A stretch of DNA of 51,612 nucleotides from Octopus bimaculoides (Eukaryota): assembly GCF_001194135.2 (NCBI RefSeq), contig NC_068998.1:16363597-16415208 (forward strand), written 5' to 3'. The position numbers were made by a program, and so were the translations under genes. The notes below the pieces were generated by a model. The model saw only the letters and a list, made by a program, of their open reading frames with translations, was not told the DNA's origin and made no database searches. Shown one piece after another: positions 1 through 13,100 of this stretch. The number at the start of each line of letters is the position of its first letter. Position 1 is the stretch's first letter.

Positions 1-57
<57 letters not shown>

Positions 58-674
58 TATGCGGCAGGAAATCTGCAGTGTTTGAATAATATGTGAAGAA
101 TACAAAATAAAAGAAAAAGAAATCTGATTTTTAAAAAAGTATAATAAACTAATCATGATAACAATAATATTGATAATAGTAATGTTAATGATAATAATAA
201 TGATAATAATGATAATGATAACTATAATTATAATTATAATAATAATAATATCAATAATAATAATAATAATACCTGTACCATTTATAATATGGGTGAGTCA
301 TTTCCCAAAAATGTTGATGAAAAAATAATTAACAAGAATAATGAAGAAATTGATTTGCTCCCATCAATATTTCTTCCAAAATTTGGAAAAAAATGAAATA
401 AAATAATTATTAAAAAAAATTGTAAAAAAGAAAGAAAAAGCAAAAGTCACAGACATATATACATTCATATATGCATACATATATCTACATATATGCATAA
501 CCACAGCAAGTCATATCTAAACCATACAGAGATACGAACACATACATGCACTCATACACAACCACTCTCATATGTACACACACTCATATTAAACACACAC
601 TAAAACTGAACAGAGAACACAGATGCACATATACATACATACATATATATACGTATATGTGTCAGAGTCTGTTC

Positions 675-721
<47 letters not shown>

Positions 722-1296
722 NNNNNNNNNNNNNNNNNNNNNNNNNNNNNNNNNNNNNNNNNNNNNNNNNNNNNNNNNNNNNNNNNNNNNNNNNNNNNNN
801 NNNNNNNNNNNNNNNNNNNNNNNNNNNNNNNNNNNNNNNNNNNNNNNNNNNNNNNNNNNNNNNNNNNNNNNNNNNNNNNNNNNNNNNNNNNNNNNNNNNN
901 NNNNNNNNNNNNNNNNNNNNNNNNNNNNNNNNNNNNNNNNNNNNNNNNNNNNNNNNNNNNNNNNNNNNNNNNNNNNNNNNNNNNNNNNNNNNNNNNNNNN
1001 NNNNNNNNNNNNNNNNNNNNNNNNNNNNNNNNNNNNNNNNNNNNNNNNNNNNNNNNNNNNNNNNNNNNNNNNNNNNNNNNNNNNNNNNNNNNNNNNNNNN
1101 NNNNNNNNNNNNNNNNNNNTATATATATATATATATATATATAAGCACCGCAATGCCATCAAAAACATATACAAAAACATTAAGACATACACTAAAACAC
1201 AAAAAACACAATTACATTTGCACACAAAAAACAACAATAACACCAAAAAGCAAAGAAAAGAAAGAAGAAAAGAAAGAAGGAAGCATAACAACAACA

Positions 1297-1324
1297 CTAA
1301 TTTCTTGGTGGTTCGAAGGGTCTT
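1297..1324 (-). CDS. exon 13 (terminal coding part): RPFEPPRN*
   Basis: Strong acceptor tttttattcatttttttttcttcag; phase-2 entry gives 8 codons then TAG. Confidence 0.55.
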
Positions 1325-3657
1325 CTGAAGAAAAAAAAATGAATAAAAACCTGTTTCCTTTGATCAAAGACCCTCTTTTATTAAACCTCCAAGAAAAATT
1401 CATTGGCAAAGATTTTAAACACCTTTTTGTTGCAAGAAAGAAAGGAAAAGAAAAAAGAGAAATACATTAAAAGAAAAGAAATTTTCACGTGTTCTTTGTT
1501 TTAATTTTTTTTTTAATAGTTGTTTAATGTTCGTTGATATTTGTTTTTGTTGTTGTCATAGAAGTTGTTTTAGTTTTGAGACGAAAAATGAAAAAAGTGA
1601 GTCCAAGACAGATGTTTCAGTTTAGTTCCCAGCATTCCTATCATAGAAAAGCCCTATGAACAAATAATAAGACAATTGCAGCAAAGCTGCTTGATAGTAG
1701 TGTCAGGTGTGGCATGCAGACCATCATGTTACTTGTTTGACATTGCGGTTCTATTCTTCTCTTCCATTTTATTTGGACATGCACATTGCATTTTTATTCT
1801 TCTCCTCTGTTCTATGAATTCCATGTGCACATGCATATTGTGTGTTCATACTTCTCTTCCCACTTCCTACTCAAAACTGCTTACAGATCACAACCATCAC
1901 ACAAACCTGCGGTTGTGAGGAGTACTTCATACTCTGATGGTTGTGAAAAAAATAAAACTCCAGGATTCCAGCTGGGAGCATATTTTCTCTCCTTCCATGT
2001 GATATAGTGTATCTGGTGAGGGTGCATGGCTAAGCGGTTAGGATATTCAGCTCATGATCATAAGGTCATGGGTTTGATAGCTGGTGATGCATAGTGTCCT
2101 TGAGCAGGGCACTTCATTTCGCATTGCTCCAGTCCACTCACTTGTACCTTTAATTCAAAAGACTGGCCTTGTCATATATTCTGTGTCATGCTGAGTTTCC
2201 CTGAGAACTACACTAAGTGTATGTGTGTCTGTGGAGTGCTCAGCCACTTGCACATTAATTTCACGAGCAGGCTGTTCTGTTGATTGGATCAACTGGAACT
2301 CGTGACATCACGACCAACAGAGTACTAGTATGCCACTACAAGGTCTAATGAAGGTCTATGCCAGCAGAGTATGCAAGCTCCTGACCAGGGCTTCCATGCT
2401 AGGCAAGTCAAATGATAGAGACCAGTTGTACTTTATGATAAATTTCCTTTCTTCAAAGCTGCCTTCATAATTTTTATTGGGTCAAATCTAAAAAAAATGA
2501 AAATTAAGTGAACATGGCACTCCTACATATATATAATAAGTTGACTCAAAAGTTTTTTTTTGTATTTCAAGTTTTAATTAATAGTTCAAACAGATTACAT
2601 ATGAAAAGTGTTTATTCATCAGAATATATCCCATCATATTCTATTGTCTGTTGCCATCATTGTGCTAGAAGCACAATTCCAAGCTTATTCCATTTAGCTG
2701 GTTTAGAAGCAAAAAACCTCCCTGCAACCATTTCCAACCTCCACTACACTGTTGAAACTCCATCTGTGTAGGAAATGATCCATGGCTTGAGAAAGGTGGT
2801 AATCTAATGGTGTAAGGTTTGGACTGTAGGCAGGATGATGCAACACTTCCAACCCCTCAAGTTCATCAAGTTTGCACTTGGTCATATTGGCAGTGTATGC
2901 TTGGGCACCATCATGTTGTAGAAGAGTGTCTTCAATAGTCCAATTCCAGAAAGCAGGCTTTCAAAGCATCATATACTCACTGCAGTAGTTGAGCATAATG
3001 GATAGCATTCACTACATGACCATCTGGGACAAGTCCAAAGCACAACACTCACTCAAACTGCCACCAAACACTCAACATTAACATCTGTTCAAATTGCCCT
3101 TGTTTAACAACAGGTTCTGAAGCCTGGCCAGAAAAAAGCCACTGATTTTTCTTATTAGGATAATGAAAATAGATCTGTTCACAAGACCAAGCTTATTGAT
3201 GTGTCAGTTAATGGTACTTTGTGAAGGACCAAGTTTTGCTGACAATATACAAATGTTTGTGCTTGACTGTTATTCAACCATTTCAAGCATTTTCTACAAC
3301 AGAACGTCTCCCTGATCTTGATTTGTCTTTGAGGCTAGTGTTACCTTCCTTGAAATGTTTGAACAAGTTTTATGTCACATGTTTGTTGACAATTCCTGGG
3401 CCTTCCACATTGTTAGTTTCAGTCTTTTTTTTTTTTTTTCCAAAGGTAGCATAAAAAAGTTCTAATAGCAATTTTTTCACCACTCATTATCAAGGAATAA
3501 ACAATTGACATTTATATTTTATATGTTATATATAAAAATGAAGAATAAGTAATTCAGCAACGACTGGACAACAAATTGTGTCAAATCAATGATATAACAT
3601 GGAGATAAAAGTTGCCAAGAAACATCGGTGAAAATCCAAAAACTTTTGACTCAACCT

Positions 3658-3696
<39 letters not shown>

Positions 3697-5682
3697 TTGC
3701 TGTAAATCATGTATCTTCTACACATCTTGCCACACATCACTCACAAAACAAGATATATACAGGCTTTTTTCAGTTTCCATCTACCATATCCACTCACAAG
3801 GATATGGTCAGCCCGAGGCTGCAGTAGAAGACACTCGTCCAAGGTGCCATACAGTGAGACTGAACCTGAAACCATATGGTTGGGAAGCAAGCTTCTTACC
3901 ACATGCCTGTGCCTATATGTATGTACATATATGAGGGGGTGTTGTAAAGTTCCTGGCTTTAGGTAAAAGAAAATACAGGAGAATCAGTTAATTATGATTT
4001 TATTCAACATATTCCCCCCTCAGATTCATACATTTATTGCAGTAGCCCTTCAGTTTTTCTAAACCTTGTAAAAGAACTCAGAAGGTTAGGCCTCCAACCA
4101 GGCTTTTCACAATACCCTTAAAGCCAGAAACTGTTCAGCCCCACCCTCACATATATATCATCGGCTCCAGCTCATATCTGACCATTGTCCAATCTCCTCA
4201 GCAGATGTTTGTGCCAAATGTGTCCAGGTTGGTGGTGAAAGAGTCATGGGTAGAATTCGTACAGGATGGTCGGCGTGGGTTGAGGATGTTGAAGATGCTC
4301 CTTACTTCTCCTGCATCTTACCTCCTCATTCTGTCCTGCTCGAAGGAGTTGGCTCCATTGTGGATGTCAGTCCTCCGGGCTGTCCTATCCATGGCAATCT
4401 GAATATATATGATTTAAAACTAATATATAAATGACCAAGTATTCTACAGATACCTAAACACTTAAAGTAACCTTAAAGTTGAATCAATAGTTACACTGTA
4501 TATAGTGTAACTATAAAGTACACAAGAATCCCAAATAGCTAGTGAGAGGTAGATAAATATAGGAAGACTGTGAAATTAAGCTCAGTTATTCCATGATGAG
4601 TTTAATACATCGTAAAAAAATACAGAATGGCAAACAAAAAGTGATGTAAAGTTATAGCACTTTCCAAGAAGGAAAGAGGAGTTGTCTCTCATAGAACAAT
4701 GTCAGTTTTGACCAAAGAGTGCCAGTTATGTGTGTACATTCTTCATCCTCTGGTTCATGAAAGGAGATAACCAGGTTGCCAAAAGTGAATTTCCTTTCAT
4801 GAGGGTAACAATGAAATATCTCAGTCTTTGAGTTCAGGAAGGTACCTGGATAGTATGAATATTTTAGAATGAGTCTCCTCTCAATCAAGCAAAGCTTGCT
4901 ACATCCACTTCCATTCAGATATGGTAAAAGGACTTCCAGCAATTTATTAATTAATCTTGTCGCACCTCTCTTGGATTCTAAAAGAGGATGTGTGATTATT
5001 TAGCTTGACCTTAAAAGAACCCTTTGTTGCCCCGACACATTTCTGTGTATATTATCCTTCTAGTGTTATTGTTGTACAACACCACCTCTGTTTTATAGAC
5101 TATGGCCTCTATATTACATTAACCATTCACTAGACACTCACTGTTAACCCTACATGAGTACCCTGCCTTTACACAGGGCGTTGGGGTGTTCACTAATACT
5201 ATTTTGATACTAGGCACACAGCTGAACAAGACCTTTGAGTCACACCTGTTGAGTAATTTCCTATAACTGTGATCCAGTGTAAAATGCTTCTCCACTAATC
5301 TAAGGAAGGATCTTCCCATGCAGGTTTTCACATTGAGTAAGAAATGTGAGGCAAACCAAAGGATTTTACAACAGTGTGTTCTCCTGTGGGTGTTTAGGCC
5401 AGGCACATAGGTAATATGGTCCTTAAACCTGCAGGTTGCTTGAAATCCTTTTACTGATGCACTTTACAAGGTTTTTAAAGAGTATAGGTGGGCAGCAGGA
5501 GGTTGCATTGATGTACAACACCCTTTCTTTAGGTTGGCAGCAGGGTTTGTATGAACCTGTGCACAAATCGAGCATTATGTCTAAGAAATAAATTATAAGA
5601 TTGGACTCTGTAGTGGTGGTGGTGGTGGTGGTGGTGATGGTGGCAGCAACGGCAGCAGCAGCAGCAGCAGTAGTAGTAGTAA

Positions 5683-5713
<31 letters not shown>

Positions 5714-8700
5714 TGCAAGGCAGTGAGTTGGCAAAACATTAGTACATCAGACAAAATGCTTAGTGGCATTTCTTCAAGCTCTTTATATGCTGAGTTCAAA
5801 TTCTTCCAAGGTCAGCTTTGCCTTTTGGGGGTTGATAAAATAAGTGCTACTTGAGCACTGTAATTGATGTAATCAACTCACCCTTTCCATCAAAATTGCT
5901 AGCCTTGTGCAAAAATTAGAAAGATTTATTATCATTATCATTTGAATTGGACATAAGTCACATCAGTTCCTGAAGGTTTGCTTGATTTTGTTGGAAATAA
6001 TTTTATCGTTCTAAATTTTGTGGTGGTAAGTAGCTTGCTTACGAACCGTATGGTTCCGGGTTCAGTCTCACTGCATGGCACCTTGGGCAAGTGTCTTCTA
6101 CTATAGCCTCGGGCCGACCAAAGCCTTGTGAGTGGATTTGGTAGACGGAAACTGAAAGAAGCCCGTCGTATGTATGTATATATATATATATATGTATGTG
6201 TGTGTATGTGTTTGTGTGTCTGTGTTTGTCCCCCCACAACATTGTTTGACAACTGATGCTAGTGTGTTTACGTCCCCGTAACTTAGCAGTTCGGCAAAAG
6301 AGACTGATAGAATAAGTACTAGGCTTACAAAGAATAAGTCCTGGGGTCGATTTGTTCGACTAAAGGCGGTGCTCCAGCGTGGCCACAGTCAAATGACTGA
6401 AACAAGTAAGAGCCTCTATTTCACATGGTGAAGTGGAGGAGTGCCAAATAGTGCCCTGAACAGTACAATTATTGTGATATTTATTTGCTTTTGTCCATTT
6501 TTTTCTCATTGCAAAATGTGGTGTTGTTGATACTCACAAACAGATTCAATGAGGAGGTAGTGAAAAAAATGTCAGACTGCTACCAGTTTCACAAGAGAGC
6601 ATAAGTACAAAAGTGATGACAACAATGGTTACAGCAACAACCAGCTATGGTTATCATAATGTATCTAACAAGGCGGTGAGCTGGCAGAATCGTTAGCATG
6701 CCAGGCGAAATGCTTAACGGTATTTCGTCTGCCGTTACGTTCTGAGTTCAAATTCCACTGAGGTCGACTTTGCCTTTCATCCTTTCGGGGTCGATAAATT
6801 AAGTACCAGTTACGCACTGTGGTCGATGTAATCGACTTAATCCGTTTGTCTGTCCTTGTTTGTCCCCTCTGTGTGTAGCCCCTTGTGGGCAGTAAAGAAA
6901 TAGGTATTTCGCCTGCCGGTACGTTCTGAGTTCAAATTCCGCTGAGGTCGACTTTGCCTTTCATCCTTTCGGGGTCGATTGAATAAGTACCAGTTACGCA
7001 CTGGGGTCGATGTAATCGACTTAGTCCCTTTGTTTGTCCCCTCTATGTTTAGCCCCTTGTGGACAGTAAAGAATTAATAATGTATCTAACAACACAAGCA
7101 ATGACAGCAACTACAAAAGCATTAGCAACAAAAAGAACAACAGTAGTAACAGAAAGAACAGCAGGAAAACAGTGAGATGATATGCAGGGTGGGAGAGTGA
7201 AGGGAGCAACAGAGAGATGTACAGTGATAGAGAGAGAGGGATGGCACAGGTGTGCAATGGTGGCTATGGTAAGTGAGGAACAAAGGCAAGGGGAAGCCAT
7301 TGACAGCAGATACGAGTGGTGATGAGAATGAGAGCAAAGAACAAATGGTGTTGAAGATCATCATCATCATCATCATCGTTTAACGTCTGCTTTCCATGCT
7401 AGCATGGGTTGGACGATTTGACTGAGGACTGGTGAAACCTGATGGCAACACCAGGCTTCAATCTGATTTGGCTGAGTTTCTACAGCTGGATGCCCTTCCT
7501 AACGCCAACCACTCAGAGAGTGTAGTGGGTGCTTTTACGTGTCACCCACACGAAGGCCAGTCAGGCGGTACTGGCAACGGCCACGCTCAAAATGGTGTAT
7601 TTTATGTGCCACCAGCACAAGAGCCAGTGTTGAAGATGAAGAATAGATAATAAAAGGAAGTGGTTCCAGGAGGAGTAGAAGGTGACTAGCAGCACAAAAG
7701 AGGATGCAGATCCAACTCATATGATTCTAGCAGCTGAATCATGTCATAGGTAGAAGAGTAAGAGGTTGGGTGTCAGGTAAGTAAGAAGTGAGGAAAGCTC
7801 GGCAGGGAGAGATTAGGTGCAGGGGCAGAACTCTGTGATTGAATAGACATAAATGTAATACCTTTCGAATTTTACTTTCATCCACAGAGACAGTTCTCAA
7901 GCACAGTGAATTGCCAATCATCTTAGTCTTTTGTCATCTTTTACATTAAGCTCACTATCTTGAGATCAACCTTCACTACTTTGTCCAGTGTCTTCCTGGG
8001 TCTCCTTCTTCCACAAGGCACCGGCCTCCTAATATATCCTCATGGTGGTAGAAGTAAGCCGGGGATTGCAGGTTCAAGTCCTGTCGGAGGTGCTTTGATG
8101 AAATGCTCATCCTTTTAAATTTCAATTTCACTCGTTATCTAAAAATGTGACATTTTAAGTACCTGGAATCAAATTTGATTTCATGAGCAACTCGTTATAT
8201 ATTAGGCGCAGGAGTGGCTGTGTGGTAAGTAGCTTGCTTACCAACCACATGGTTCTGGGTTCAGTCCCACTGCGTGGCACCTTGGGCAAGTGTCTTCTAC
8301 TATAGCCTCGGGCCGACCAAAGCCTTGTGAGGGGATTTGGTAGACGGAAACTGAAAGAAGCCTGTCGTATATATGTATATATATATGTATATATGTATGT
8401 GTGTGTATATGTTTGTGTGTATATGTTTGTCTGTGTTTGTCCCCCCAACATCGTTTGACAACCGGTGTTGATGTGTTTACGTTCCCGTAACCTAGCGGTT
8501 CAGCAAAAGAGACCGATAGAATAAGTACTAGGCATCCAAAGAATAAGTCCTGGGGTCGATTTGCTCCAGCATAAGTACTAGGCTCCAGCATGGCCATAGT
8601 CAAATGACTGAAACAAGTAAAAGGGTATTTAGTAATCAGCACTTCTTTACACAGCTGTTCTGATGCATACCCATCACATGACCATATACATGCATATATG

Positions 8701-9307
8701 TAAAGTAATACAGTTCTAGTAGTTTTGTCACTTACCTTCCACCAGCTAAGTTAATGTTTCTCCATTCTGTGCAGCCGAGCTGATTAGACTAAAAAAATTA
8801 ATACGCATGGGAAAAGATTACAAACTTTCTCTGCAGTTGCTACGAAGCTGTTGCATTCAGATCACAAAAAAACATACAAAGAATTCAGCAGATTGTGTAT
8901 TAATTATTTATTCATTATCATATAATTAAGCTCTTATGAGCCAGTACATAAAAAAGAAATAAAACTGCCAAGGATCTTCCTTGTGAATGTAGTGTGAAGT
9001 CCTATTTTAAAAAATATAACCTGTAAAAAATATAACCTCATAAAGGCTGCATTAGAATAAACTGGATAACTAAAAGATATCTACTTCTTTATTTAATTTT
9101 GTATCTCATTTTGTTTACATTAAGTCTCATGGGTTACCGATTTCCAATGGAGACAGTTGATTGGTTCAATGGATTCATGATGGTGATAATAGATCCTCTG
9201 TGCAACTCAAGCAGACAAATATCCCATCATCTCAATGATGCTATCCTCATTCTCCAAAAAATGCATAAATATATATGTGTGTATATATATGTTTATATAT
9301 ATATATT

Positions 9308-9360
<53 letters not shown>

Positions 9361-9720
9361 NNNNNNNNNNATGTGTGTGTATATGTGTAAAATGATTATC
9401 TGATTCTTAACATTCATTCAAAAACCACTCGGTAAATTAAATTATGGAGTTAGATCAATCATTCATTCAATATATATATATACGTATCACATTTTCTTTT
9501 CCGACCACCATTTCTCATTCATTCTATTTTATTTCATTTTTCTTTTCTTTCTTCCAATGAACGACTGGCATCTGAAACATCAAGACCTTTCTACTTCTCT
9601 TCAAGCATTAAACTAACATAACGTTTGCTATAACTTGTCTCTCTCATGCTGTCTTCTTTTGTGCTCATTGCTTTTTAAGACACATATACAAGTGTGTATG
9701 TATGTATGTATGTATGTATG

Positions 9721-9797
<77 letters not shown>

Positions 9798-10098
9798 TTA
9801 TCATCATCATCCGTATTTCAACATCCACATTTTTAGACTTGCAAGCATCAGATGGGGCTTGTTAAGGCAAATATTTCTATATGAAGATACTCTTCTTGTT
9901 GTCAACCTCAATTGTTTCCATGTAAGGTAATATTTTCCCTAGTCCTTTGAAAACAAACAGCTCAATGGTCAACAAGTTTTCACACAGGATTGTAAATAAT
10001 TTATGACATTTGTATGATGGTGACCTTGTTTCCAGTTAACACACATATATCAGGACAAGAGGAATATGCAAACATATGCACACTCACTCACAACATAT

Positions 10099-10129
<31 letters not shown>

Positions 10130-13100
10130 AATACACACTCTCAGATACATGCACACACACACACAGAGTTATATATATCATCATCATTTAACGTCCATGC
10201 TAGCATGGGTTGGACAGTTTGACAGGAGCTAACAAGCCAGAGAACTTCACCAAGATCTTCTGTCTGCTTTGATATGGTTTATACACCTAATGTACTGATT
10301 TTATACAAGCCTTTCCAAAACTTTTGTTTCAGAACCACTCGTCTAAACAAGTTTATTAGAAGGCAATCCATAAAATTCATGAAGTAAACTTCATGGACCA
10401 CCAAATATAATTTTTAGTTGCATAATGCAACACAGTTGAACATGAAACTCACAGTGGACCACCAAGAACTATAAGTGGTCCACTTGGAAAACATTTTGCA
10501 TTACTAGCAAAGTTACCTTCTCGAGTTATGCCAACTCGTAAGGGCTAGTTTCCCAGTTTCATGGCATATAAATTCCCCACCTGGATAGGACCCTGGTCTG
10601 TCACAGGAATACTCATGTTTTCCAGCTGAGTGGACTGGAGCAATGTGAAATGAAGTGTTTTGCTCAAGAACACAATGCATTACCCGGTCCAGGAATCAAA
10701 ACCACAATCTTATGATCATGAATCCAACACCCTAACCACTAAGCCACACACCTCCACCATTGTGCCTTTGTGGCCTAAACTATATTTTTTTATTGCTTAC
10801 TAAAGAGGACTGAGTAGCATTCATGGTCATTACAGCCACTTCAAGACTGATTTTTTTTTTTTTTTTGCTGATACAACTAAAGATTTTTATGCAAGACCTC
10901 TGAGACTGATGGCAGAAATGGAGAAAGAATTCAATATTTTGACCAGAATACTTGCAACAGAGCGTATTCTGCTAAAGATGACCAAGGCCCAGATGGGGAT
11001 TTTAAAGTGAGTGACAAAGTAAGGCTACCATCCAAGAGCAAGTACAATCCCTCCGACACACTTCTCAGTTTCCTCATTAACATCATTTGGTACTTATTTG
11101 ATGATATTTTAGTTCATCAACCATGGCTTTACAGATATTTTTAATTTGAAGGTTAAAAATGAAGAAGAATGGGAATCATCATCATCATTTTAACATCGAT
11201 TTTTCTATGCTTGCTCAGGGCAGAGGTTGTCTGTTGAAGCAAATTTTCTGTTTGGTTGCCCATCCTGTTGTCAACCTTCACCTATTTCCAAGTAAGGTAA
11301 TATTTCCCCATAGCCATACACACATACACTCATACACATACATGTATTCACACACAAAAACACAGATACATATTAAACACACATTCACAAACATACACAC
11401 ACACACACACATTCAAAAACACATGCACACAAAAACAGACAGAAAAACACACTCACACACCACTTACATACACACACACCCACACATACACACACCACTT
11501 ATATATGCACATACTCACAACCGCATCCAAATACACACACACACACACACACACAAACTCAAACAAACACACATACACAGGCAGCTATATGTGCACAAAC
11601 ACACCAACATGCAAATAGGAAAACATGGCAAGAAAAACAAAAACAAGAATTAAGGCATTATTTACATTATTTACATTTGACGGATATTTGTCCTCATCTT
11701 GTTTGTTGTTAACACAACGTTCCGACTGATATACCCTTCAGCCTTCATCAGGTGTCTTGGGGAAATTTTGAACCTGGGTTTTCATTCCTAAGGTATTTTT
11801 CGATGTTATTATTATTGTAATTATTTTTCAGGTCACTGCTTGGAATCAGGCATATGGCATAGTGTTTAAGAGTGCAGGCTACTAACCCCAGGATTCCGAG
11901 TTCGATTCCAAGCAGTGACCTGAATAATAATAATAATAACATCGAAAAATACCTTAGGAATGAGAACCCAGGTTCGAAATTTCCCCAAGACACCTGATGA
12001 AGGCTGGAGGGTATATCAGCCAAAACATGTTAATGAGAGTAAATATCGTTTAAATATAGAACTGTAAGAATTAAGGCAACAAGAAATGGTAACAAGGACA
12101 AACAATAACAACAACATTAACATAAAGGTATTTCTGATTTCTCAGTGACAAAATATATATACATATAAAAGAAAACAAAACCATATTTGGGAAAGATCAA
12201 ACATAACCCTNNNNNNNNNNNNNNNNNNNNNNNNNNNNNNNNNNNNNNNNNNNNNNNNNNNNNNNNNNNNNNNNNNNNNNNNNNNNNNNNNNNNNNNNNN
12301 NNNNNNNNNNNNNNNNNNNNNNNNNNNNNNNNNNNNNNNNNNNNNNNNNNNNNNNNNNNNNNNNNNNNNNNNNNNNNNNNNNNNNNNNNNNNNNNNNNNN
12401 NNNNNNNNNNNNNNNNNNNNNNNNNNNNNNNNNNNNNNNNNCATCATTGCCATCCCCGTCATCATAACAATGATCATCACCACCACCATTATCATCAACA
12501 CCATCATCATCACTACCACCACCACCACAACCAATATCACTACCACAAACATTACCACCACCATAACCATTATCACTGCACTCATCATCATCATCCTCAT
12601 TGTCCTCTATATCATCATCATCATCATCATCATCATCAGTCTTATGTCCACTTTATTCCCTCCATGCTGGCATGGGTTAGATGAAACTTCTTCCAGTGGA
12701 TGCCCTTTTTGTTGACAACCCTTATTTATTTCTCTATTACTTTCTCCACTATCTTCACAAGTCGAAACGGATGAAACCCCCACACACTATAAGATGTATT
12801 ATTTACAGGAGACATGTAAGCAACATCACCGTTTTTGCTTAAATGTGGTCACTGTGAAGGCCACTGATGACATTTCAGTCACTATGAATCGGTGAAACAT
12901 GCAACATCATGCTATCATAACTGAGATGCTTTTAAAAGTCCCTCCTCTTTACCATAGTCTTCCAGACCATAACAGAGGGGTTTAGGACTAGTTGTTCATG
13001 GAAGCTCATCTATGCTGATGACCACATTCTAATAGCTGAATCTGTTGTAGAATTAGAAATTAAATTCCAGGTGTGGAAACAAAATCTGAAATCAAATAGC

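Noticed and set aside
546-1328. Long ORFs crossing N-gaps and (TA)n/(CA)n/(TATG)n runs, here and at 12142-12715, 15918-17599, 26775-27719, 41097-42313 and 49428-49998
   Set aside because: They stay open only because of Ns and dinucleotide repeats (YIYI, HTHT, CVCV); no splice or homology support.
11848-11920. Possible real tRNA gene
   Set aside because: A and B boxes are present but acceptor and anticodon stems do not pair fully; treated as a SINE head.
12864-12910. CUGAUGA...GAAACAUG on the + strand
   Set aside because: Stem II is irregular, and no UH site or stem I partner follows. At most a remnant.
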